Shown here piece after piece: positions 12,638 through 21,665 of a stretch of DNA of 64,000 nt. This DNA is from Mycobacteriales bacterium (lineage in GTDB: Bacteria; Actinomycetota; Actinomycetes; JAFAQI01). The position numbers and the translations under genes were made by a program. The DNA is taken from positions 60-64,059 of the forward strand of contig DATJWM010000135.1 of NCBI GenBank assembly GCA_035501255.1, in the 5' to 3' direction. Every line of letters begins with the position of its first letter. Position 1 is the first letter of the stretch. The notes under the pieces were generated by a model that worked only from the letters and a program-made list of their open reading frames with translations, was not told the origin of the DNA and made no database searches.

Positions 12638-12711
12638 TGGCGGGGGCAGGATTCGAACCTGCGACCTCTGGGTTATGAGCCCAGCGAGCTACCGAGCTGC
12701 TCCACCCCGCG
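12638..12711 (-). tRNA. tRNA-Met (anticodon CAT), initiator type
   Basis: I folded a 74-nt cloverleaf by hand: acceptor CGCGGGG/CCCCGCC, D stem GAGC/GCTC, anticodon stem-loop CTGGG-CTCATAA-CCCAG, T arm GCAGG-TTCGAAT-CCTGC. Three G:C pairs next to the anticodon loop and an unpaired 1:72 position (C.C) are initiator hallmarks. CCA is not encoded. Confidence 0.9.
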
Positions 12712-12775
12712 TCGGTATCGCCACGATAGCCCGGCGTGGAGCGCGGGTTCAAACGCCTCTGACGTGGCTCACGAG

Positions 12776-15718
12776 CTAGCCCGTCGAGGAGCCCGAATTC
12801 GAGGAGGTCTTCGCGTCGGTGGTGAGCGCGGCGATCCGCCGGAGTGCCGCCGCCACCTTCTTCTGTTCCTCGGCATACGTCGCGAGGTCACCCCGGCGGA
12901 GCGCTGCCCGCGCCGCCTTCTCGGCGGCTTGGGCGTCGTCGATCGCGGCCTGCAACTCCGGCGAGGACGTCACGCCCGTTTGCGGACCGGTCGACGGGGT
13001 CGTGTTGCTTGCCCCGGAAGGCTTCTGCGAGGCGCTGGCGCTCACCCCGAAGACCTCGTCGAGCGCGGCGTTCAACGTCGGCTGATATGCCGTCCGGCCG
13101 TCGGAGTAGGCCAGGAAGCTGCGCAACACCGGGAACGACTGCCCGCCCGACGCCTGCACATACCACGGCTCGACGTAGAGCATCGAACCCGCCACAGGCA
13201 CCGTCAGCAGGTTGCCCTTGATCACCACCGAGCCATTGGAGTTCAGCAACGAGTACTGCCTCGAGATCGTGGGATTCGAGTCCCATTCGTTCTGCACCTG
13301 CCCAGGACCGGGCAGACCCGCGTCAGCAGGGAGGTTCAACAGCGTCATCTTGCCGTAGTCGGGACCGGGTTGGGAGTCCACCGAGAGGTAAGCCGTCAGG
13401 TTGCGCCGTGACAAGGACAGGAAGGGCGAGGTCAGCGAGAACCGTTGCGGGGTCGTTCCGCCATCCGCCGACATGCTCAGGTAGTACGAGGGCTGTGGCA
13501 CGTTCGTCGTCGTCACCGTCGGGTCGTACGGCACGTTCCAGAACTGCGTCCCGTTGTAGAAGTCGTGCGGGTCGGTCACGTGATAGCGCGCGATCAGGGT
13601 TCGTTGGATGTTGAACAGGTCCTCGGGGTAGCGCAGGTGATCGACGAGCTCAGCGGGCATCGCGCTCTGCGGTTGCACCACTCCGGGGAACGCCTTCTCC
13701 CACGTCTGGAGCACCGGGTCCGGCTGCGCACTCTGGTTCCAGGCGTAGAGAGTGACCTGACCGGTGTAGGCGTTGACGATTGCCTTGACCGAGTTGCGGA
13801 TGTAGTTGATGTTGCTGTTGCGCTGGCTCGCGACGGCATCGGTCGTCGTGTTGAGTGAGGTCTTCGTTGAGTTCGACAGCGACTGCTGCTCCGAGTACGG
13901 GAATCCGTCTGTCGTCGTGTATCCGTCGACCACCCAGTCGATGGTGCCGCCAACCACCACGGGATACGGGTCTCCGTCGAGCGTCAGCCACGGGGCGACC
14001 TTCGCCACCCGCTGGCGAGGGTCGCGGACGTAGAGAATGCGCGACGCGGAGTTGACTCCGCTGGAGAGCAAAATGTTCTTGTCGTGGAACTTCCACGCAT
14101 ACAACAACTGCCGGAAGGTGGACCCGATCGGCACGCCTCCCCCACCCGCGTAGGTGTTGTTCTTCTGGCCCGCGCTGTTAAGCGGGTAGTTGAGCTCCCG
14201 CGGCGGGGTGCCGCTCGGCGCGCCGACGATCGAGTACGTCGGCGAGGACTCGCCGAAGTAGACCTCGGCCTGGGTCGGGTCGAGGCCCAACTGGTTGCCG
14301 CTCCCCGTCGACGGGATGTTCTTCTGAACGAAGTCCGGCGACCCGTCGGGCAATGCCGTGTTGGCACGCGCGGCGACGACGCCGTACCCGTGCGTGTAGA
14401 CGAGATGCTCGTTGATCCAGTTGCGCTGGTTGGGCTGAAGTCCGGCGATTGAGACCTCCCGCGTGCCGATCACCACGTCGGTCGGCGTCGAGCGTCCGGC
14501 CAGGTCGTAACGGTCGACGTCGAGGGAATCCTCGAACTTGTAGAACGACCGTTGCTGCTGGAGCTGCTCAAAGGTCTGGGAGACGACGTTCGGGTCCAGT
14601 ACCCGCAACTGGGCATCCGTACTTGCCGCCTGCCGCTGCTCCGCGGCGGTGGCCGTCGACACCCCGGAGTAGTCCTTCTGGGTGACGTAGTCGTCCCCGA
14701 TGCCGTAGGCGTACCGCGTTTGCTCGATGTTGCGGCCAATGTAGGGCGCCTCGAGGTCCTGCTGGCTCGGCGCAACCTTGAAGTGTTCGACCAGCAACGG
14801 GTAGACCCCACCGATCACGATCGCCGAGAACACCATCAGCCCGGTCGCGACCGCCGGAAGCATCCAGTTGCGGGTATAGATGTTGGCGAAGAACAGCAAC
14901 GAGCAAATGAGCGCGACGAACACCAGGATCGTCTTCGCCGGGAGCACCGCATGCACGTCGGTGTAGCCAGGACCGGTGACGATGCCCCGGCCCGAGAACG
15001 CCAGTCCGTACCGGTCGAGCCAGTAGGCGGCCGCTTTGAGTAACACGAGGACGCCGAGAAGCACCGACACGTGGACTCGCGCCGCGGGCGTCCATCGCTG
15101 ACCCGGTGTCTGAATGCGAAGGGATCCGGCAACATAGGACGTCACGAGCACGGCGATCAGCGACACGATCACGACCGCGAACAGATAACTGAGGACGAAC
15201 CGCTGCATCGGGTAGGTGAAGGCAAAGTAGGAGACGTCTTTGTGGAACAGGGGGTCGTCATGGTGGAACGACTGTCCGTTGCGCCACAACAGCCAGGTCT
15301 GCCAGTGCTGGGACGCCGATGCGCCAGCGATGACTCCGACGATCAGCGCAACGACGGCGACGATCAACACCCGCCCGCGATGAAACAAGCTGCGGTAGTG
15401 CTCGAGCTGCTCCTGCTCGCGGGACGCCGGGCGCACCTCCGGACGGAGCCGGTAGGCGACCACGACGTTGGCCACAACTGCCGCCGCCATCACGACGCCG
15501 AAAACAACGAATAAGAGGACTTCGGTGACGAGCCTGCGGGTGAACACCGAGGAGTAGTCCACCGAACGGAACCACAGGAGATCGGTGTACTGATTGACGA
15601 AAACCGACGCGAGAATCAGGAACGCGATCACGGCGATCACGGCGCCGATGACGGCCTTTCCCCGCCGCCCGAGCTGCGGAACCTGTGGCACCTGCGGACG
15701 AGGGACGTTGAAGGTCAC
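12776..15718 (-). CDS. UPF0182 family large integral membrane protein
   Basis: N-terminal multi-TM region with YTDLLWFRSVDYSSVF, then a large extracytoplasmic domain. It resembles the Rv3193c family. GTG at 15718 is chosen to avoid overlapping the upstream gene; the track start is 15811. Confidence 0.85.
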   Translation of the reverse strand: MTFNVPRPQVPQVPQLGRRGKAVIGAVIAVIAFLILASVFVNQYTDLLWFRSVDYSSVFTRRLVTEVLLFVVFGVVMAAAVVANVVVAYRLRPEVRPASREQEQLEHYRSLFHRGRVLIVAVVALIVGVIAGASASQHWQTWLLWRNGQSFHHDDPLFHKDVSYFAFTYPMQRFVLSYLFAVVIVSLIAVLVTSYVAGSLRIQTPGQRWTPAARVHVSVLLGVLVLLKAAAYWLDRYGLAFSGRGIVTGPGYTDVHAVLPAKTILVFVALICSLLFFANIYTRNWMLPAVATGLMVFSAIVIGGVYPLLVEHFKVAPSQQDLEAPYIGRNIEQTRYAYGIGDDYVTQKDYSGVSTATAAEQRQAASTDAQLRVLDPNVVSQTFEQLQQQRSFYKFEDSLDVDRYDLAGRSTPTDVVIGTREVSIAGLQPNQRNWINEHLVYTHGYGVVAARANTALPDGSPDFVQKNIPSTGSGNQLGLDPTQAEVYFGESSPTYSIVGAPSGTPPRELNYPLNSAGQKNNTYAGGGGVPIGSTFRQLLYAWKFHDKNILLSSGVNSASRILYVRDPRQRVAKVAPWLTLDGDPYPVVVGGTIDWVVDGYTTTDGFPYSEQQSLSNSTKTSLNTTTDAVASQRNSNINYIRNSVKAIVNAYTGQVTLYAWNQSAQPDPVLQTWEKAFPGVVQPQSAMPAELVDHLRYPEDLFNIQRTLIARYHVTDPHDFYNGTQFWNVPYDPTVTTTNVPQPSYYLSMSADGGTTPQRFSLTSPFLSLSRRNLTAYLSVDSQPGPDYGKMTLLNLPADAGLPGPGQVQNEWDSNPTISRQYSLLNSNGSVVIKGNLLTVPVAGSMLYVEPWYVQASGGQSFPVLRSFLAYSDGRTAYQPTLNAALDEVFGVSASASQKPSGASNTTPSTGPQTGVTSSPELQAAIDDAQAAEKAARAALRRGDLATYAEEQKKVAAALRRIAALTTDAKTSSNSGSSTG

Positions 15719-15752
15719 GCAACCGAACCTATCCGTCGCGGCATCGCTGCCA

Positions 15753-16832
15753 TCAACAATGCGGAAAGTCGGTGCCGCCTGCCTTAATGGCCTCCAGCGC
15801 GTGAACCACACCGGCCAACGTCCGCACGCTGATCAGCGTCATCGATCGCGGGGCGGCGGCCTTCGCGTCGTTGCACTCGCTCGCCGGGGCGAAGAAGACG
15901 GTCGCGCCCGCGCGATGGGCGCCCGCGATCTTCTGCTGGATTCCCCCGATCGGACCGACTCTGCCGAAGCCGTCGACGGTCCCGGTCCCGGCAACCGTCC
16001 GGCCACCGGTGAGGCCGCCGGGGGTCAGTTTGTCGATGATCCCGAGCGCGAGGGCGGTACCAGCGCTCGGACCGCCGATCACGTTCGGATCGATCCCGAT
16101 CGTGACGGTCACCCCGGGGAACGTCGCGCTGCGATCGGCGGTGATCCCGATCACCGCCGAACCGTCCGGCCCGCGGGTCGTCTTCGTCGCCACGGTCTTG
16201 GTCTTGCCGTCACGCCGGATCGTGAGGCGAATCGGGTCACCGGGGCGCAGCGTGTCGAGCGTCGCGCGCAGCTGAGCGAGAGTGGAGACGGGCTGGCCGT
16301 CGAGGGCGAGGATCACATCCGCGTCCTCGAGCACGTCGCTCGCCGGAGCGCCCGAGTCGACGCTGCCGACGGTGATGTGCTGGCTTGACGGGTGATAGCC
16401 CAGTTGAAACAGCGCCGCGGTAACCGCGTCGGATTGCGACTGGGTCATCTGTTGCGCATTCTCGTGCTCGACCTGCTGGCTGGTCTGGCCCGGAGGACAC
16501 ACGACTTGCTGCGGCTCGACCGTGTTCGTCTTGTCGAACCAGGCGCGAACCGCCTCCCAGAACGTCGGATGCGCGCTGCAGGATCCAGGCACTTCGGACA
16601 CCGTCGTGAGGTACAGCCGGCCGCCGTTGGCGTGCGTCGGCGGACCCTTGATCGAGATCACCGGACCGCCCGCGTGGCCGTTGCTGGTGTCCGCGGCCGG
16701 CACGTCGCCCAACGTGTTGGTGACCGGACCGGGCTGGAAGATCACGTACGGCACATGAATAGTGGTCGCGGCGATGACCAGCCCGAGGACGATGACCAGT
16801 GACGCGGTCAACGTCGCCACGCCTCGGGTCAC
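15753..16832 (-). CDS. PDZ domain-containing Lon-like (S16) serine protease, YlbL/SepM-like
   Basis: N-terminal TM segment, a PDZ segment (VLEDADVILALDGQPV) and a Lon catalytic-domain motif IGGPSAGTALALG with downstream GGIQQKIAGA. Confidence 0.8.
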   Translation of the reverse strand: MTRGVATLTASLVIVLGLVIAATTIHVPYVIFQPGPVTNTLGDVPAADTSNGHAGGPVISIKGPPTHANGGRLYLTTVSEVPGSCSAHPTFWEAVRAWFDKTNTVEPQQVVCPPGQTSQQVEHENAQQMTQSQSDAVTAALFQLGYHPSSQHITVGSVDSGAPASDVLEDADVILALDGQPVSTLAQLRATLDTLRPGDPIRLTIRRDGKTKTVATKTTRGPDGSAVIGITADRSATFPGVTVTIGIDPNVIGGPSAGTALALGIIDKLTPGGLTGGRTVAGTGTVDGFGRVGPIGGIQQKIAGAHRAGATVFFAPASECNDAKAAAPRSMTLISVRTLAGVVHALEAIKAGGTDFPHC

Positions 16833-16890
16833 CAGACGGACACTAGCCGCTGACCGTGAGGCCTTCCTGAGGCGACCGAGGCGTCACCGA

Positions 16891-17652
16891 TCAGCGGGAG
16901 AAGAAGCCCATGCTGCGACGACCCTGCGGGATCGGCACGACGTCGGCGGTTCCGGACTCGGTCTCGGCGATCGCCGCATCCCCGGCCGGCGTGACCGGCG
17001 GCGCGTCGGCGAACGGCGTGCTTGGCGCGATCGGCGCACTCGGCGCGACGGCCGGGACCTCGGGCTCGTCCACCTCCGGCGTGACGGCCACGACCGGCGA
17101 CGGTTCGCGAACCTCTGCCTCGGCAACCCACTCCTCGGAACGGTCATCGTCGGCAGCGTCCGCAACCTCGGGCTCGGGGTCGGGCACGAGGGCGATCAAC
17201 GTCTCCTCGACCGCGGCCGGCGCCGACTCGTCAACGACCACGTCGTCCGTGCTGGCGGTGTCGGCGCCTGCCGGCTCGGCGGCGTCGGAGGATTCCGACC
17301 CGACCGGCTCCACGACGGCTTCGACAGCGGGTTCGACGACGACGGCCTCGGGCGCAACCGATGCCTCCACCGGAGCAAGAGCCTCGGCGGTGGCCGGCTC
17401 GGTGGCCGGCTCCGTCGTCTCGGCAACGGGGACCGGCTCGGCAGCCGCAAGCGGCCTCTCCGACTCCGGAATCTCCACGTGGTAGTACGCCCGGAAGGAC
17501 ACGGGGACCGGCGTCATGGCGTGGACGCTGAACTCGGAGATCCCGCTCGAGTTGCGCAGTCGCTCCGCGAAGGCCACCGCCTCGTCGAGGGAGTTCACCC
17601 GCTCAAACGCCGGCGTGCCATCCGTCGCGGGGTAGAAGACAACATGCTCCAT
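16891..17652 (-). CDS. Hypothetical protein: about 63-aa folded N-domain plus long acidic Pro/Glu/Val/Ala-rich low-complexity region
   Basis: The ORF has a coherent N-terminus MEHVVFYPATDGTPAFERVNSLDEAVAFAERLRN. About 170 aa of PEVA-rich sequence follow, ending in the basic tail GRRSMGFFSR. ATG at 17652. Confidence 0.55.
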   Translation of the reverse strand: MEHVVFYPATDGTPAFERVNSLDEAVAFAERLRNSSGISEFSVHAMTPVPVSFRAYYHVEIPESERPLAAAEPVPVAETTEPATEPATAEALAPVEASVAPEAVVVEPAVEAVVEPVGSESSDAAEPAGADTASTDDVVVDESAPAAVEETLIALVPDPEPEVADAADDDRSEEWVAEAEVREPSPVVAVTPEVDEPEVPAVAPSAPIAPSTPFADAPPVTPAGDAAIAETESGTADVVPIPQGRRSMGFFSR

Positions 17653-17788
17653 GACGATCCTTCGACGTTCATTGCGAAGTTTGCGGACACGGTCCATGTC
17701 GGCACCAAAGCGGGTGAGGTTGAGCGCAACGCACGCTCAAGGTTGGTCGGGCGGCCCAGACGGCGTCCGGCGGAGCCCCCTCGCGGCG

Positions 17789-17971
17789 TCAGGAAGCGCG
17801 GTGGTGTTGCTGGAGCTGCGGTTGTCGAGCACACGCAGCGTTGAAGCGCTCCCGCTCGGCGAGCGACTCGTGAATCTCCGCCGGCCCTCGGGTGCGCGCC
17901 GACCAGTTGACCCAAATGATCGCAAGGACGGTCGCCACTGCCGGTGGTCCGAGCCACGCCAACACGCCCAT
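17789..17971 (-). CDS. Possible 60-aa single-pass membrane protein
   Basis: ATG at 17971 gives MGVLAWLGPPAVATVLAIIWVNWSARTRGPAEIHESLAERERF.... It is the only protein-like part of the track ORF 17789..18346 and begins 11 nt after the moaE stop. Confidence 0.3.
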   Translation of the reverse strand: MGVLAWLGPPAVATVLAIIWVNWSARTRGPAEIHESLAERERFNAACARQPQLQQHHRAS

Positions 17972-17981
17972 GCCGATCAGT

Positions 17982-18416
17982 CTAAGCCGTTGGTGGGTCG
18001 CATGCACCCACCCACTCCTGCGAGCCATCGGCGAATGTCTGGTGCTTCCACAGCGGCACCTCGGCCTTGACCCGATCGACCAGCAGCCGGGCAGCGGCGA
18101 ACGCTTCGTGCCGATGGGGGGCGCCGGCGGCAACGACCACCGCGATCTCGCCGACCTGAAGCGACCCGACGCGGTGCACCGCAGCGAGGCTGACACCTGG
18201 GACGCTCCGCCCGACCTCCGCAACGACCCGTTCCAGCTCGGCGGAAGCGCTCGGATGGGCGGAGTACTCCAGCGCCGCCACCTGCTTGTCGTGATCGTGA
18301 TCACGAACGGTCCCGAGGAAGACCGCGGTCCCGCCGACACCCGCACCGCTGACTGCCGCGATGACCTCGTCGACCGAGAGCGCAGTGTCGCGGAGCGCGA
18401 CGAGGAAACCGGTCAC
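17982..18416 (-). CDS. moaE: Molybdopterin synthase catalytic subunit MoaE
   Basis: FLGTVRDHDHDKQVAALEYSAHPSASAEL...IAVVVAAGAPHRHEAFAAARLLVDRVKAEVPLWKHQ matches the MoaE family pattern. GTGA overlap with the upstream gene. Confidence 0.85.
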   Translation of the reverse strand: MTGFLVALRDTALSVDEVIAAVSGAGVGGTAVFLGTVRDHDHDKQVAALEYSAHPSASAELERVVAEVGRSVPGVSLAAVHRVGSLQVGEIAVVVAAGAPHRHEAFAAARLLVDRVKAEVPLWKHQTFADGSQEWVGACDPPTA

Positions 18417-19504
18417 GCCTTTCGGCCTCGGGCCCGCGCGAGGGCGAGAGAGCCGATCAACGCCAGGGTCGCACCGGCACCGGCGGCGGCGGCGCGGGTG
18501 GCATCGCGTCGGTCCATCACGATGAGGCTACGACCGGCACGGTCCCCCAACCGGTGCAGATGGTCGCGGAGCGCTGCCTCGTTGGACCAGCGAGGCTCCC
18601 AACCGCTCGCCCGCAGTTGCTGGGATCCGACGACCCAGGGGTGGGCAAGGTAGTGCAGATCGCTCGCCGGCGAGGCGAGTGCCCCGATGCGATGCAGTCT
18701 CTCGGCCGTGGCGTATGCGACGGCGTACGGCAAGACGACCGAGCGCAGCCCGGAGAGAGCCTCGACGTCCGCGCGGGTCAACCACCCGTCGCAGCCTGCG
18801 GTCACCGCCCCATGAACCGAGCCGTTCGCGGCGGCGATGAGGGCGTCGAGCAGGTCATCGGTGTGGCAGAACTGCCAGTGACAGACAGAATCACGGATCG
18901 CCAGGAGGCGAACCGCCTCGAACAATCCCGGTAGCAGCGAGTCGGAAACGAGCCCGACGAGCGAGGCGGGACGCACGGTCGTCACTTCAACCCGCGCACC
19001 CGAGGCGGCGTGCGCGCTCGCCCCCCGCTCCACCTCCACCCAGTCCCCGATCAAGCCATCGACGGGACCTTCGATCAGGGCGGCGTCCTCGACGAGCGGT
19101 ACCGGGTTGGCGGCCTGGGCTCCGTAGACCATGGCGCTCGTCAACAGCACTACCCGTCCCACACCGGCTGATTCGGCCGCCTCGAGCACCGCCCTGGCGC
19201 CCTCGACGTTCACTGCACGGCGCTGGTTCACCGGAGTAGAGGTCGAACGATCAGTGGCGAGGTTGACGACGACGTCCAGACCGTCGAGCGCTCGCGCTAG
19301 CGAAGGCCGACCGAGATCGGTCAGCCGCCACGAGACGCCGTCAACCTGCCGATGCTCGGTGTCGAGACCGACCACGGTGAGCCCCGACGCGTTGCCCGCG
19401 AGGCGCTCCACCAGTGCGAGCCCCAGCGGACCCGCGGCGCCGACCACCCCTACCGCAGCGGGCACGGTGCGCCGACGGCGAACACCTGAGCGGACCTGAA
19501 TCAC
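18413..19504 (-). CDS. NAD-dependent epimerase/dehydratase family protein
   Basis: VGVVGAAGPLG Rossmann motif and SSAMVYG-type segment (LTSAMVYGA). Hydrophobic C-terminal tail. The GTG start at 19504 is tentative. Confidence 0.75.
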   Translation of the reverse strand: MIQVRSGVRRRRTVPAAVGVVGAAGPLGLALVERLAGNASGLTVVGLDTEHRQVDGVSWRLTDLGRPSLARALDGLDVVVNLATDRSTSTPVNQRRAVNVEGARAVLEAAESAGVGRVVLLTSAMVYGAQAANPVPLVEDAALIEGPVDGLIGDWVEVERGASAHAASGARVEVTTVRPASLVGLVSDSLLPGLFEAVRLLAIRDSVCHWQFCHTDDLLDALIAAANGSVHGAVTAGCDGWLTRADVEALSGLRSVVLPYAVAYATAERLHRIGALASPASDLHYLAHPWVVGSQQLRASGWEPRWSNEAALRDHLHRLGDRAGRSLIVMDRRDATRAAAAGAGATLALIGSLALARARGRKA

Positions 19505-19533
19505 CAGTCCATCTTGACGGCTACGGTGGATTC

Positions 19534-20796
19534 GTGACCACGCCACCGTTCGGCTTTCGGCCCAGCGGCGATGGGGAGCCCGAGGAAACCCCGGGGGATC
19601 CATTCGCAGCCGCGGGCGCGACGCCGGACTTGGGTGCCATGCTGCGTCAGCTCGGCGACCTGATGTCCGGCGAAACCGGACCGGTCAACTGGCAGGTCGC
19701 CCGGCAATCGGCAATGGCGGTCATCGGTGCTGACGCGGGAACGACGGCGGCGGAGGCGAGCGAGGTGGCCGACGCCATCAGGCTCGCCGACCACTGGCTC
19801 GACGCCGTCACCACGCTGCCCTCCGGGGTGAGCACGACCGAGGCGTGGAGCCGCCGCCGCTGGCTGGAGGCCACCCGACCCGCGTGGACGGACCTCGTCG
19901 AGCCGGTAGCCGCCCGCGTTGGTGCCGCGATGGGCCAGGCGCTACCGGAAGAGATGCGTGCCATGGCGGCCCCGTTGATGGGCGTCATGAATCAGGTGGG
20001 AGGGCTGGTGTTCGGCGGCCAGGTCGGACAGGCTCTTGGCACGCTGGCCACCGAGGTCGTGTGTTCCACCGACGTCGGCCTCCCGCTCGGACCGCCCGGT
20101 GTCGGCGCGCTTGTCCCGGAGTCCGTCCGGGCCTTCGGTGCAGGCCTCGCCCTCCCGCCGGAGGAGGTTCGGCTGTTCGTGGCGCTGCGAGAAGCCGCGC
20201 ACCATCGGCTGTTCGGGCATGTGCCGTGGTTGCGCACCCACCTGGTCACCGCGGTGCGCGCGTACGCCGAAGGCATCACCATCGATACCTCCAAGCTTCA
20301 GGATCTGGCCCAGGGCCTCGACCCCAGTGACCCCGAGGCTCTGCAGCGGGCGATGGCGGGCGGGATGTTCGAACCGGAGGCGACTCCCGCGCAGGACGCC
20401 GCGCTTCGCCGGCTCGAAACCGCGCTCGCGCTGGTCGAGGGGTGGGTCGATACCGTCACCGCAGCGGCCGCGGAGTCCTTGCCGAGCTTCGGCGCCCTCC
20501 AGGAGACCATGCGCCGACGCCGCGCCACCGGCGGTCCGGCCGAGGTCACGTTCGCATCGTTAGTGGGTCTCGAGCTTCGCCCCCGTCGGCTTCGCGACGC
20601 CGCACTGCTCTGGCAGACCATGGGCGAGCGGCGCGGAATCGCCGAGCGCGACGCGGTCTGGGCGCACCCCGACCTGCTCCCAGTCGGCGAGGATCTTGAC
20701 GACCCGCGCGGCTGGGTCGAGCGAGGGACCACCGACGACCCGCTCGACCTTTCCGAGCTCAACGACTCGCCGCCCGAGGACCCGTCGGGCTCCTAG
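19534..20796 (+). CDS. Zinc-dependent metalloprotease, DUF2342 family
   Basis: HExxH-like REAAHHRLF segment and overall resemblance to the actinobacterial DUF2342 family. GTG at 19534 (VTTPPFGF). Confidence 0.75.
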   Translation: MTTPPFGFRPSGDGEPEETPGDPFAAAGATPDLGAMLRQLGDLMSGETGPVNWQVARQSAMAVIGADAGTTAAEASEVADAIRLADHWLDAVTTLPSGVSTTEAWSRRRWLEATRPAWTDLVEPVAARVGAAMGQALPEEMRAMAAPLMGVMNQVGGLVFGGQVGQALGTLATEVVCSTDVGLPLGPPGVGALVPESVRAFGAGLALPPEEVRLFVALREAAHHRLFGHVPWLRTHLVTAVRAYAEGITIDTSKLQDLAQGLDPSDPEALQRAMAGGMFEPEATPAQDAALRRLETALALVEGWVDTVTAAAAESLPSFGALQETMRRRRATGGPAEVTFASLVGLELRPRRLRDAALLWQTMGERRGIAERDAVWAHPDLLPVGEDLDDPRGWVERGTTDDPLDLSELNDSPPEDPSGS

Positions 20797-21338
20797 GTCT
20801 CACCCAAGGCCGGACTCCTCGTCGCTGCGTCGACGCCCTCGAGGTAGCCGCGGGCGCGCTCGAGTCGCGGGTAGTCCGCGAGCGTGGCCCAAAACGCCGG
20901 ACCATGACCGGCCACGATCAGGTGCGCGAGCTCGTGCAGGAGCACGTAGTCCACGACGTAGTCCGGCAGATCGACGAGACGTCGCGACAGCCGGATCGTG
21001 CGGTCAACCGGGGTGCACGACCCCCACCGCGTGGTCATGTTGTCGACCCACCGGACGCTGCTCGGCACCGCCCGGCCGCGCAGATACCGATCGTTGAGGC
21101 GCTCCGCCCGTCGCAGCAGGTCCTGATCGCTGGGGCGCCGCTTGGCTTCGCCTGCGAGCACCCGCTCGACCAACAGGGCCACCCAGCGCCGTTCTTGCGC
21201 TCGGCTCGTCCTCGCGGGCACAAAGACGACGATCCGGTCGCCCTCACGACGAGCGGACACCGTCCGGCGGCGGCGCGCACTGCGCACGACCTCGACCAGC
21301 GGCGCGGCGGTGGGTGGTTCGCCCCGATTGGCGTTCAC
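20793..21338 (-). CDS. YgjP-like metal-dependent hydrolase (DUF45 / M48-like)
   Basis: RWGSCTPVDRTIRLSRRL and the zinc motif LLHELAHL. GTG at 21338 is chosen because the upstream 49 codons are Cys/Arg-rich and not protein-like. Confidence 0.75.
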   Translation of the reverse strand: MNANRGEPPTAAPLVEVVRSARRRRTVSARREGDRIVVFVPARTSRAQERRWVALLVERVLAGEAKRRPSDQDLLRRAERLNDRYLRGRAVPSSVRWVDNMTTRWGSCTPVDRTIRLSRRLVDLPDYVVDYVLLHELAHLIVAGHGPAFWATLADYPRLERARGYLEGVDAATRSPALGET

Positions 21339-21377
21339 GGTCGCGACGCTAACCCGCGATTGGCGACCGAGTTGTTG

Positions 21378-21400
21378 TTGTGCACACCCGGTGCACAACG
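21378..21400. promoter_or_regulatory. Perfect 9-bp inverted repeat GTTGTGCAC-N5-GTGCACAAC, candidate operator
   Basis: Verified base by base. It lies 40-62 bp upstream of the proposed DUF45 start at 21338. Confidence 0.4.
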
Positions 21401-21636
21401 TTCCCGCAGGTCGCCGAGGTGGGGCGGAGCGATCGGTGGGTTCGTCCACAGGGGCCGTCCGAGGCTGTCCACACCGACACTCCATCTTGTCCCCAGCGTG
21501 TCCCCAACCTCATCCACAGGCCTCGTCGATCTGTCATTGACGACCTTCGGTCGGGTCCGTACGGTCATGCCCAACGGAGCCCCCGTGGTAGGCCGGGTGG
21601 GCGTTCGCAAGGGGAAGGCGAACGACTGCACGACCT

Positions 21637-21665
21637 GCCCGGGGGCTTCGTTGTCCACCCCGGGC
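21637..21665 (-). terminator. GC-rich hairpin just downstream of the enoyl-CoA hydratase stop
   Basis: GCCCGGGG (21637-21644) pairs with CCCCGGGC (21658-21665) around a 13-nt loop, 8 nt after the stop. There is no U-tract. Confidence 0.45.

Noticed and set aside
7410-12638. Genomic island integrated at the 3' end of the initiator tRNA
   Set aside because: There is no integrase or recombinase gene. I could find no direct repeat of the tRNA 3' end (TGGCGGGGGCAGGATTCGAACC) near 7373-7410 or 11013-11220. Base composition looks like the rest of the window.
21602-21624. 6C RNA or another known C-rich-loop actinobacterial sRNA
   Set aside because: There is one hairpin with a CTTCCCCTT loop. The two-hairpin architecture with longer C-runs, as I remember it, is not present. 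It is left as an unclassified structured spacer.
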